NCBI GenBank assembly: GCA_965235115.1
Contig: OZ249453.1
Span: 2,232,001-2,296,000, forward strand
From: Laetmonice hystrix
Taxonomy: Eukaryota
DNA: 64,000 bases
Direction of reading: 5' to 3'
Made by a program: the position numbers and the translations under genes
The notes under the pieces: generated by a model
Told to the model about the DNA's origin: nothing
What the model saw: only the letters and a program-made list of their open reading frames with translations
Databases searched by the model: none
Shown: positions 14,055 through 25,603 of the stretch, one piece after another
Layout of the letters: each line of letters opens with the position of its first letter
Numbering within the stretch: position 1 is the first letter of the stretch

Positions 14055-14635
14055 CTCTATAGAGGCCTACACAATCCACTCCCAATGAAGGCAGGAGATT
14101 CCCTCTCTAGAGAGAATCTGCTGGAGGCATGAGATTCCCTCTATATAGAGGTCTACACAATCCACTCCCAGTGAAGGCAGTAGGTTCCCTCTATAGAGGC
14201 CTACACAATCCACTCCCAGTGAAGGTAGTAGGTTCCCTCTATAGAGGCCTACACAATCCACTCCCAGTGAAGGCCGTAGGTTCCCTCTATAGAGGCCTAC
14301 ACAATCCACTCCCAGTGAAGGCAGTAGGTTCCCTCTATAGAGGCGTACACAATCCACTCCCATTGAAGGCAGTAGGTTCCCTCTATAGAGGCGTACACAA
14401 TCCACTCCCAGTGAAGGCAGTAGGTTCCCTCTATAGAGGCCTACACAATCCACTCCCAGTGAAGGCAGTAGGTTCTCTCTATAGAGGCCTACACAATCCA
14501 CTCCCAGTGAAGGCAGTAGGTTCCCTCTATAGAGGCCTACACAATCCACTCCCAGTGAAGGCAGTAGGTTCCCTCTATAGAGGCCTACACAATCCTCTAT
14601 AGATGCGTACACAATCCACTCCCAGTGAAGGCAGG
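14055..14635. repeat. 48-bp minisatellite, about 11 copies
   Basis: Unit ctctatagaggcctacacaatccactcccagtgaaggcagtaggttcc. Confidence 0.92.
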
Positions 14636-14666
14636 ATATTTATATTTAAGAGGCCTATGCACATTT

Positions 14667-14826
14667 CAAGAGATCAGAGCAATACTTTAACTTATTATTA
14701 CAAGTGTATTCAAGAGATCAGGGCAATACTTTAACTTATTATTACAAGTGTATTCAAGAGATCAGAGCAGTACTTTAACTTATTATTACAAGTGTATTCA
14801 AGAGATGAGAGCAATACTTTAACTTA
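14667..14826. repeat. 44-bp tandem repeat, about 3.7 copies
   Basis: Unit caagagatcagagcaatactttaacttattattacaagtgtatt. Confidence 0.9.
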
Positions 14827-15500
14827 ATCATACATGTTCGGCTAATACTCTGTTCTCCGGCCTTCCAATGCGAACAGGTTTAAGTTGCCAACAATCCCGT
14901 CGGAATATGTTGCGTCTAAGCCAACTAGAACAAAAAGGCGGAGTAGTTCAGCCACTGATGTGGACAGAAGTACATGGGAAAGCGGGACCGTTGGAACGAA
15001 GGACGCAGGCAAAAGAATTACGGAACGCCATCGATCTTTTTGGGTCCCTCGGGGACCAAAAGAAAATCTCATTCAGAGGAAGCTTTCCGAGGTCGACTTC
15101 CTGTTAAAAAGATCTGGAACGAGTTTGTTTCTGGTGGGATCTCTGCGCTACGCATGCCGGGAATGGCATGGTGACGAATTAATCCGCCTGGTCCCACTCA
15201 CCCCGGCCTGTTTACACCCAGGGTCACTAGCGGAACATTTAAATAGTTCAATCCAGTCCCCTGCGTTCGTTCAGTAAAAAAATAGAAGAGGATTTTCATG
15301 AAAGTATCCCCACCTTGGCGAGATCTGGCGAGATCTGGCGAGATCTGATACCGCTCTGTGAGTTAATGAATTAGTAATGAGCCTGCCGACATTTGGCTGG
15401 CGTCCAATCGACCTCTGCCGAGACCTGGCAGTCGAGACCACCCGCTGTTTGTACAACAAGTACACTGTCCCATGGGATGGGCCACGGGGTCTAGACCCCC

Positions 15501-15930
15501 TGGGGTGGATCAAATATACCCCGGGGCTGTCTGGATCAAATATACCCCGGGGCTGTCTGGATCAAAAAATACCCCGGGGCTGTCTGGATCAACGTCAAAA
15601 CGGTGTTTAGTCTCTAACTCTATCAGGTCATATTGCAGTCTACATTGTATCAAAACGGTGTTTGATCTCTAACTCTATCACGTCATATTGCAGTCTACAT
15701 TGTATCAAAACGGTGTTTGGTCTCTAACTCTATCAGGTCATATTGCAGTCTACATTGTATCAAAACGGTGTTTGGTCTCTAACTCTATCACGTCATATTG
15801 CAGTCTACATTGTATCAAAACGGTGTTTGGTCTCTAACTCTATCACGTCATATTGCAGCCTGCATTGTATCAAAACGGTGTTTGGTTTCTAACTCTATCA
15901 CGTCATATTGCAGCCTGCATTGTATTAAAA
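15501..15930. repeat. Adjacent 26-bp (about 3.5 copies) and 55-bp (about 6 copies) tandem arrays
   Basis: Units ggatcaaatataccccggggctgtct and tcaaaacggtgtttggtctctaactctatcacgtcatattgcagtctacattgta. Confidence 0.9.
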
Positions 15931-16153
15931 TGGTCTTCCTAGTATCCAAATGATCAAAAACAGAACAAATGAAGACCATAATAGGTATAAAGACGCTGGA
16001 TATGAGTTTGCTGGGGAAATCGATAGTTTCTGTCTTTACGATGATATGCTCTATTCACAATTATACATCTTATGAAGACTAAGCTTTCTTTTTTTGCTTT
16101 ATGCGTGAAAATCTGTATTCCATATGTGAATTATCATATCAACATAATTGTTT

Positions 16154-16736
16154 ATGGTGACAGAATAGGAAGGAGCATGCAATGCCTGTGTCTGGGTCGA
16201 GGGAGGCAGGCCTTGTCATGACGTTTATGGTAACAGAATAGGAAGGAGCATGCAATGCCTGTGTCTGGGTCGAGGGAGGCAGGCCTTGTCATGACGTTTA
16301 TGGTAACAGAACAGGAAGGAGCATGCAATGCCTGTGTCTGGGTCGAGGGAGGCAGGCCTTGTCATGACGTTAATGGTAACAGAATAGGAAGGAGCATGCA
16401 ATGCCTGTGTCTGGGTCGAGGGAGGCAGGCCTTGTCATGACGTTTATGGTAACAGAATAGGAAGGGGCGTGCAATGCCTGTGTCTGGGTCGAGGGAGGCA
16501 GGCCTTGTCATGACGTTTATGGTAACAGAATAGGAAGGAGCATGCAATGCCTGTGTCTGGGTCGAGGGAGGCAGGCCTTGTTATGACGTTTATGGTAACA
16601 GAACATGAAGGAGCATGCAATGCCTGTGTCTGGGTCGAGGGAGGTAAGCCTTGTCATGATGTTTATGGTAACAGAATAGGAAGGAGCATGCAATGCCTGT
16701 GTCTGGGTCGAGGGAGGCAGACCTTGTCATGACGTT
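16154..16736. repeat. 73-bp minisatellite, about 8 copies
   Basis: Unit atggtaacagaataggaaggagcatgcaatgcctgtgtctgggtcgagggaggcaggccttgtcatgacgttt; the repeat-derived ORFs are offset by 292 = 4x73. Confidence 0.92.
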
Positions 16737-17392
16737 ACCACCGTTTGCCAGTAGAGGGCGTTTATAACCTGGCCGACACCACGTCAGTTTTATGGACCCA
16801 ATACCCAGCCATAAATTCACCTTACTCCTTTTCTATACTTCTGGCTGAGATATCCATTAGTACCCAGTGGCTGCTCACAACATCAATACAGAGTGTCCAA
16901 ATACAGCCCCAAACAGCTTACAGCTTTGTAGATCTAACATATTGTTGTATTTGCTCGCGGTGGACCGGCAGTAGCCATGTGCCACCAATCAATACCTATA
17001 CGGAGATGTTATCGGTCGACACAGGGTGGGTACTGAAGGGACATCTGAGAGGGAGATAGAGCGGTCGAACAGCTGGGATGTGCCTGTTCACATAGCATCA
17101 TGGTGGTACCGCCACTGTCTTCATCACAGGCCAACAAAATGATATATGTCAACCTTTATTAAAAGGCCGGTTTGGGTTACTCGAAATTTAGAGCCCTTTT
17201 GTGATGCCTGCTGCAGCACTAAGCAGATCCTGACACGTTTGAAAAGAACAACAATGTGGAAGCTAATTATAAAATTGTTAGCCAACATTCACATATATTA
17301 AATATAATATGGTCTTTATTTTTAGACTATGCCAACTACTATTCACATTAATTCTATTCGTATAATATGACGAAACCTCGACGTTTGGCGAT

Positions 17393-17499
17393 GATTGGTT
17401 GGCCGCAGTCACGTGACCGATGACGTCACCGGTAGATTTCCGGCATAACGTCCCATGTTCTGACGTCACATATGCCGCCATGATGTGTTGCTATGACAC
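17393..17499. promoter_or_regulatory. Dense intronic motif cluster (CCAAT, E-box, two CRE, ETS-like, YY1-like)
   Basis: GATTGG 17393-17398, GTCACGTGAC 17408-17417, TGACGTCA 17421-17428 and 17461-17468, TTCCGG 17438-17443, GCCGCCAT 17474-17481. Confidence 0.4.
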
Positions 17500-19855
17500 T
17501 GAGATAAATCTCCGTGACCGAGCCGAGATTTCCTCCTGACTCATTCTTTATTTATTGTATTCGCCGATAATACTTCACCCACGGCAGTACCGTCTCTGTG
17601 TTGTAATGCCAACACCGGACCTTGTTATTGATAGAAACACGAACGTGAACAACGGACGCCAAACCATGACATCACACACGAACAAGGCAGTGAAATCGTA
17701 GCCATCACACGACTGGTTGGCTGATAATGAACCGTGCAGGGCCTACAGATTAAAACAAAGCCTCCAGGAGTGGAGCCAATGTAGACCTACATTCTGCACT
17801 TAATAAGGTGTTTATATCTCATCATTAGATTGATAGGGAACCCCCTACGCATGTATTGTTCGTGAAGTGAGACAGTGGATAGGGTCCAGTATAAACCAGT
17901 TAACGTCGTTTTCATACCGTAGCTATGGAGACTATATAGAGTTTTCAGAGTCGGTGTTTTTCTTGATGAAAAACATTTCCGTAGTAATTCAGGCAGACGT
18001 GCGTGGGTCGAGTAAACTCCCCCCTCCAATCTTGTTACATTTCAATATGATCTGAGTCGTTTGTTACCTGCTATGTGGCTCTGTGGAGGCCTCCAGGTAA
18101 ATAGAAGATTCTACATGGATGCTAGCGGTCGGTGACTATATAATTGACAGTATCCGCCTCATACACCGGGACACAGTCACAGTACGGTCACGTGATGCAA
18201 ACATTGTATAGATCGTGAATATGTTAACTAGAAACTAGAAAACAGAATACCGGCATGTAGGTGACCTTGACCTTTGGGCCCCGGCAGAATGACGTTATAA
18301 TAACGTCATAATTAAGACGTGCGTTGGCGGGGACGTCACTGCTCGGGGTGGGAGGCAACCGAGCTAAAATCTTAATACGAATCAGCCCTCCAACTGTAAT
18401 CTAACAAACTAGCAATCAGGGGCGCATTTGATTGATAGTCGGGAAACATGACCGACATCTTGATTCTTGAGTCTCCATTTCTTACACCGGGACGGACGAG
18501 CTCGTCTCCACACACGCCTACTGAAAGCTGCCCTGACTGCAGAACACAACACAATACTGTAGGTAAATTTTGCATCGAGAAGAAGGTCAATACAGGAATT
18601 TTTACAGGTTTGCAGGAGTCTTTCCAGTCTGCCTTTATTTCTAGGGAGTGTAGATGAGGTATATTGTGACCATTAAAACAGTAGGCACGGATCTACGTCT
18701 GGCTGAAACGTTAGCGTGTGTATACAGGTTGTATACGACACCCCCATTTTCTCTCGAGTCGGTCTTCCGGCGTTTTCTAACGTTTCGTACAGCGTATAGA
18801 GATACGCTGAAGACGGTGGCGGATTGCTACTGTACTTCAGGAGATCGTTGGCGGTGTGCGGTACTGTATGTAGTAAAGTAGGGCAAGCACGAGGGATCTC
18901 TGGAACGCGAACACTGCCATGGTCTGAGAACGGATGTCGGGGGAGTTTGCTTGTCATGTCCCTGTGGAACAGAAACGCCCCTTACTATCTCGCATGAACT
19001 CACTCAGAATTTCTACCTATTCTTCTGCCCTTTACTCTGGCTTTATTGGTGAGAGAACGTTTAAAAACGTTTTTAGGCCGTTTTCAAGGCATTTTGTGTG
19101 CCGGGTCGGTGTAGAGTAACACTTGGTTACATTATATTTTACACGCGCCGGTATAGATAAACCAACCAAGAGATTACATATTATGTCCGCCTCAGACATC
19201 GGAGAATTATCCCCAGGGGAGAGTGCCATACCTGAAACCAGTTACAATATTATACTTCACATGGCTCATTGGATTAGCCATCGCCACGGGAGGTTACACA
19301 AACTGACCTCAGTCCAGATCAGTTGTGCAACAGCCGAAGGCAATATAAGTAAAGGTGTGGGCGCCTGGTACCTCAGCCGACCACTAGGCGGCGTGGTTAC
19401 AATGACCAATGAAACTGACCGACAAAGGCTGCGCAAACATGAAACGCCGAAGACGATTGGCTGAGATGACAAGATACAATATCTGCTAACAACGGCCTAT
19501 TTTTGCTGACACAAGAACGCCCGTGACCTGAACTGACAAACAATACAGCTTTCACAGCGAATTATTGTCAAAGTTCCATTTAGACATCATAATCACGTTT
19601 GTCTTTACGCATGGGTTTTCCTTCAGGCAGGACATCAGAAACCTTTCATCTGTCCTCGAGTAGAGCCGCTCGTAGTGTGAATGCCTGACACTATACGCCT
19701 ACTTCCATATCCTACTAACTCCCCCAACCATTTCATGAATACTCCCTGTATTGTCTGTTTACTAAACGTTCACGGGATCCTTACGAACAAAGGAACAGTT
19801 TCTGGGTGATAGAATGACATGACGATGAAGATGGTTTTGTTGAACAAAGGACCAT

Positions 19856-20047
19856 TACCGGGTGTGATAGAGTTACCGGGTGTAATAGAGTTACCGGGTG
19901 TGATAGAGTTACCGGGTGTGATAGAGTTACCGGGTGTGATAGGGTTACCGGGTGTGATAGAGTTACCGGGTGTGATAGAGTTACCGGGTGTGATAGAGTT
20001 ATCGGGTGTGATAGAGTTACCGGGTGTAATAGAGTTACCGGGTGTCA
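19856..20047. repeat. 18-bp minisatellite, about 10 copies
   Basis: Unit ttaccgggtgtgatagag. Confidence 0.92.
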
Positions 20048-21279
20048 TAGACATAGACATTGCGATGACGTATCATCTGTCACTATCCCGCTCGATTCTC
20101 GCGTCTTCTCGATTATCCACGGAGCGTCCGTGAAGAGGAACGCCCTTCATCCAATCCGAAAATAACCCTTCATCCGGGTTGTCATTAGCTTAAGGAGGCA
20201 TGTGTCAATCTCCCCACTTAGGTCGACGGTCATATTGATGGAAAGACCCACACAGCCAACATATCAATCTATCCTAGGAGCTCTTTTCTAAAAGAGGTGG
20301 AAAGAAAATTCATGAACGCTTTGAAACTAGGAAGGCGCTCGGCGCGAAAGGCTTTGACGGCGAATCGATCTGTTTGAAGTGTTTTAAGCGCGAGTTTTGT
20401 GGGTACTCGCTATACGACCCGCGTTCCGACGTCCTTGAATGAGTTCAAGGTCATACCCTCAAGGTTCTTTGTGTTCCAGTGACACCTGCCCTCAGAGATC
20501 AGACGCCTCTCATGTCCCTGAGGCGTGAAACTTCAAGACGGAAGAAAGGAAAAATCTGACATCAGGCTAAGAAAAGGAGGTTGTTTCTTGTCTCCGCGCA
20601 CGCTCCCTCCCAGACGAAAGAAAGGAAAAATCTGACATTAGGCCAAGAAAAGGAGGTTGTTTCTTGTCTCCGCGTATACACTGTAAAAAGTATTCGTATA
20701 ATAACAGACATAATCAGTTATTATAACTGTAAAAATACGCAGCAATTTTTTTTACAGTGCGCTCCCTCCCGCCCTACTTCAAGTATTTAGTTTTCTATCA
20801 AATCCAGCCGTTTCATAATGGTTTCATGTAGTCTTGTGATAATATACCGTGGCTTGTCGTGCTGTGATTTCCCTCTTTTTTAATATCACTGGCTGGATGC
20901 ATTGATACAAAGTTGAAAAACTAGAAATAAAAAGACCTCTCACCGTCCCAACGTTATTTTATATGAAAGGACAAGAAATGACACTTAGATACATGTCACA
21001 AACGCATACACCATTGAGACTATATTAAACTTTCTATATTAAACCTGGGACAGCCGTCACCTCGAGTTGTATGTTTAGTGAGAAGTGTCATATTAATACG
21101 CTACATTCACTTACATATTGAACTATGATATCGATCAGCAGTTTATTGAACTATGATATCGATCAGCAGTTTATTGAACTATGATATCGATCAGCAGTTC
21201 GTCTGTTTTACTATCCCTACCGTGTGATCAGATACAGTAATCTGTCCTTTAATATCGGCTGACTGTAGCCAGAGTTGAC

Positions 21280-21449
21280 CATCTGTCTATAGGACAGACA
21301 TCTGTCTATAGGACAGACATCTGTCTATAGGACAGACATCTGTCTATAGGACAGACATCTGTCTATAGGACAGACATCTGTCTATAGGACAGACATCTGT
21401 CTATAGGACAGACATCTGTCTATAGGACAGACATCTGTCTATAGGACAG
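21280..21449. repeat. 19-bp quasi-palindromic minisatellite, about 9 identical copies
   Basis: Unit catctgtctataggacaga; CTGTC and GACAG are inverted within each unit. Confidence 0.92.
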
Positions 21450-21633
21450 AATCCCACATTGACGCTGGTGGGGCGTCCGGCCGTCAGGAACTATATCTAC
21501 ACCGCCATCCCTTACGGTTGATTTACATGAAATATGACACGCTGGAGGAAATCTGACTCTTAGACAGCTATGGTACCCGCCCCAACCTGGGGCAGACAGT
21601 CTTCTACGTGCCTGACGCTAACCTGCAACTTTA

Positions 21634-21902
21634 TATACTACTTACAATTGTTACTCCGAGCGACTCCATATACTACTTACACAATGGGTGCTACGAGCGA
21701 CTCCATATACTACTTACACAATGGGTGCCCCGACCGACTCCATATACTACTTACACAATGGGTGCTCCGAGCGACTCCATATACTACTTACACAATGGGC
21801 GCTCCGAGCGACTCCATATACTACTTACACAATGGGCGCTCCGAGCGACTCCATATACTACTTACACAATGGGTGCTCCGACCGACTCCATGCTTACAAT
21901 GG
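21634..21902. repeat. 37-bp minisatellite, about 7 copies, plus a detached partial unit near 22105
   Basis: Unit gcgactccatatactacttacacaatgggtgctccga. Confidence 0.9.
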
Positions 21903-22714
21903 GTGGGAACGCTGGTGGGGCCTGTGGGGCAGAATTTATGGCCCAACTGAACGTTGTTGGGGCATCCTGCCGTCGGAGAGCGCAAACTGTCACTGTCATG
22001 GACCCCCTCACCCGGCTCCGGCTCCCGGCCCCTACCCCCGGGCCCCGGGCCCCCGGGCCCCGTCCCCCCACCCCCGGGCCTCGGCCCCGGCCCCCACCCT
22101 ACTTCATATACTACTTACAATGAGCCTCCTCGGTTGTTTCCAATGGGGCATAGATAAATAAATAAATAAATAAATAATCAAATGAGATGATAGTGTTGGG
22201 TTTCTATATTTCTTGATACAGCCTACAAACTTACATTGATATTACCTCAACACTATGAAAAGGTTCCTCCTTTGGTTGCTAGTTGACTAGATTCTAGAAA
22301 CCTTGTAATATACCAGCTTCAAGCTGGTCGTATTATTCCTAGCTTTGTATGTCTTGGCTCCAGCTTGCTGTCGATCGTCATGTTAGAAGTCAAACCTGCC
22401 TCAGTTCAAACAGCCACAGCCGCAGGGGAAGCAACGTTCAGGCAGGCAAAATGAGGGGCCGTCTCAAAGTATGCTAATAATTCCACCGTCAATAATCAGA
22501 TGGGGAGTCACGGGGGGCGTCTCATTAACGTCAGTCGGGGTGAGCGGGGTGACCGCCGAATTACGGACATACGAAACGGAGGAGGGAAGGTGGGGATGGG
22601 TCTAGGATTTGGTTATAGGGAGGAAGGGCCGAGAAAAATATACAATACTGTATGGAGAGCATGCTTGTCTTCATTTTGACCTTCATACCACAGCCATTTT
22701 TAGAAGTGTGCAGT

Positions 22715-23320
22715 TGGTATATGATAAAATACTGGGGAGGTGTTAGAGTTAGTGCTACACATAGTATTTGGCGGTCGGTGTGCTGTTGGTATATGATAAA
22801 ATACTGGGGAGGTGTTAGAGTTAGTGCTACACATAGTATTTGGTGGTCGGTGTGGTGTTGGTATGATAAAATACTGGGGAGGTGTTAGAGTTAGTGCTAC
22901 ACATAGTATTTGGTGGTCGGTGTGGTGATGGTATATGACAAAATACTGGGGAGGTGTTAGAGTTAGTGCTACACATAGTATTTGGTGGTCGGTGTGGTGT
23001 TGGTATGATAAAATACTGGGGAGGTGTTAGAGTTAGTGCAGTATTTGGCGGTCGGTGTGCTGTTGGTATGATCAAATACTGGGGAGGTGTTAGAGTTAGT
23101 GCTACACATAGTATTTGGTGGTCGGTGTGCTGTTGGTATGATAAAATACTGGGGAGGTGTTAGAGTTAGTGCTACACATAGTATTTGGCGGTCGGTGTGG
23201 TGTTGGTATGATCAAATACTGGGGAGGTGTTAGAGTTAGTGCACTATTGGCGGTCGGTGTGCTGTTGGTATGATAAAATACTGGGGAGGTGTTAGAGTTA
23301 GTGCAGTATTTGGCGGTCGG
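22715..23320. repeat. About 62-72-bp minisatellite, about 9 copies
   Basis: Unit ggtatgataaaatactggggaggtgttagagttagtgc(tacacat)agtatttggtggtcggtgtggtgtt. Confidence 0.9.
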
Positions 23321-23820
23321 GGTAGTGTAGTTTCATTAGCCTTGTGAATGAGTAAGTGGCATTGCCGAGTTTAATGTCATAATGTTGACGTACTTGGGTT
23401 CGTATTACTCGTCGTGGATATTTTGATCAAGATATTGATTGGAAGTAGACAACTAATGTTTGGGATCGATTAGTCACTACCATATCAAGCGTCAGTCCCT
23501 AATTCTTATCATATCAATCGAGACCTTGTGATGTCATTTCTTTTTTCTTTGTGTTTTTGCACGTAATAGTATATTACCCAGGGTTCCGGACATACGACAC
23601 GTAGATAAGTCAGCCCTATTATTGTCCTCAGCCTCTGTCTCAATGATAATAGATATGCAGTGGTCTTGCCAGGTTTGCCATGGCTCGCATGATGTCTCCT
23701 TCTTACCGCATCAATCCTGATTACAAATAGGAGGTCGACAATGCCCTTCCTATAATCGATCAGAATTCGCTGACACATATTTTGCTGATGCAGCAGACGA
23801 TAATGTAATGCACCACATCA

Positions 23821-23835
23821 CCACCAGATGGCGCT
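23821..23835 (+). promoter_or_regulatory. CTCF consensus motif (best of at least 12 CTCF-like matches in the window)
   Basis: CCACCAGATGGCGCT matches the CTCF core CCASYAGRKGGCRCT. Confidence 0.55.
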
Positions 23836-24148
23836 GACGACCTGCCACCGTCTTGGCGTCTTGGAATGTCTTATTGTTGCCATCTTGTCTCAACATAAAC
23901 CAATTAGTGGAGGCCCACTTAAATTATCATCAAGGTGACAAATCCTATCTACAATCACGTGATTAGAATGCTTGACTCTCCATCGGGAGGATTCGATGTT
24001 GTTCACGTCTTCGTCTTTACTGCTCAGCCTTCTGCCGGAAACCGAAACGCAGGTTTATTTTCATCAATATTTTGTTGTCTTTTGCAGTTCCAGACAAAAT
24101 GCCTTTCTGGTCTGTTATCGTGTTAGATTAAATACCGTCCCATTATTT

Positions 24149-24603
24149 CGTACCATCCCATCATTTCGTTGCCATCCCAGCATTTCGGTACCATCCCAGC
24201 ATTTCGTTGCCATCCCATCTTTTCGTTACCATCCCAGCATTTCGTTGCCATCCCAGCATTTCGTTGCCATCCCGGCATTTCGTTGCCATCCCATCATTTC
24301 CTTACCATCCCATCATTTCCTTACCATCCCATCATTTCGTACCATCCCATCATTTCGTTGCCATCCCAGCATTTCCTTACCATCCCAGCATTTCGTTGCC
24401 ATCCCAGCATTTCCTTGCCATCCCAGCATTTCGTTGCCATCCCATCATTTCGTACCATCCTATCATTTCGTACCATCCCATCATTTCGTTGCCATCCCAT
24501 CTTTTCGTTGCCATCCCATCATTTCGTACCATCCTATCATTTCGTTACCATCCCAGCATTTCGTTGCCATCCCAGCATTTCGTTACCATCCCAGCATTTC
24601 GTT
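24149..24603. repeat. 18-19-bp minisatellite, about 24 copies
   Basis: Units ccatcccagcatttcgttg and ccatcccatcatttcgta. Confidence 0.92.
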
Positions 24604-25375
24604 AACGTATAGAGGATCGTATTTATGTCACGCCAACCTGCAGACCGAGTATGGTACCAACTGATTTTGGTGGAATCCAGGCCGACTGATCAAAGCCCAG
24701 ATGCTGGGGGATGTTTGAGTGACTCCTTTAACTATAAATATTTCTACATGATCACCCGCGGACCCCTACCCTGATCTTCGGCGCCGTTACGGACGTCACT
24801 TCGCTTGAAAGTACCCCCCCCCCCTTCCCCCTTATTCAAAGATCACCCTACGGGCCTGTACCACATTCCTGCATGTCTCCAGCCCCTGTGTCGATTCCAA
24901 CCTCCCGTTCCTTTACTTTGTAGATAAGGCGACTACAGCGCCCCCTGTCCACGGATCATTTACCAGTATCTGATGGCCGTCATGGCGGACTTGGCTGCGG
25001 CGAGAGCGAGGCTACTATTGACAGATGTCGTCATTTGTCAGCTGACCCGGATGTAACAACAACCGATACGGTCTTCAGGAAACACTTGAGTATTTCTCTG
25101 TCCCTCTACGGCAGGATCGCAGCGCCAGTTGGCACATTGCCAACTGGCTTCGTCTATTGATCTTTCTCCGGGTGGGACGGTTTAACCCTGGAGCTGTCAA
25201 TATAAAGACGCAACCAACACGTCGTGCTGTTTTAAAAAAAAAATGTTTTGCGTCAACGCTCACGCTTCTTTTTTTCTTAGTTTGACTGTCTTCCTCAAAG
25301 AGTCTTCATAGTAACTGGCTCAAAAATGAAAACATTTCTGGGCATTTTTAGATTTTAGCAAATCGCAATCACAAA

Positions 25376-25603
25376 TCACGAATTTGGCCAAATTAGCGTT
25401 ATGTGTGGTCAGCAGGAAACATTACAAAAACTACTCATCTTCATCTGATTTGATCTTCAATTTCTTCTAATTTGATCTTCATCATCATTCATATAAGATT
25501 GTTAATAGGAATTACTTCCCTTGCCAATGTGACAAAGCAGATGATGTACTTTTGTGAAATTTTCTGCTGACCACACGTAACGCAAATTTGGCCAAATTCG
25601 TGA
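25376..25603. mobile_element. MITE-like element with about 65-bp imperfect terminal inverted repeats
   Basis: tcacgaatttggccaaattagcgttatgtgtggtcagcagg... on the left pairs with ...tctgctgaccacacgtaacgcaaatttggccaaattcgtga on the right. Confidence 0.65.

Noticed and set aside
14842-15480. 130-aa ORF 14885-15277 and overlapping ORFs as a nested gene or viral fragment
   Set aside because: No recognisable domain; several similar-length ORFs on both strands. A blastx search would be needed.
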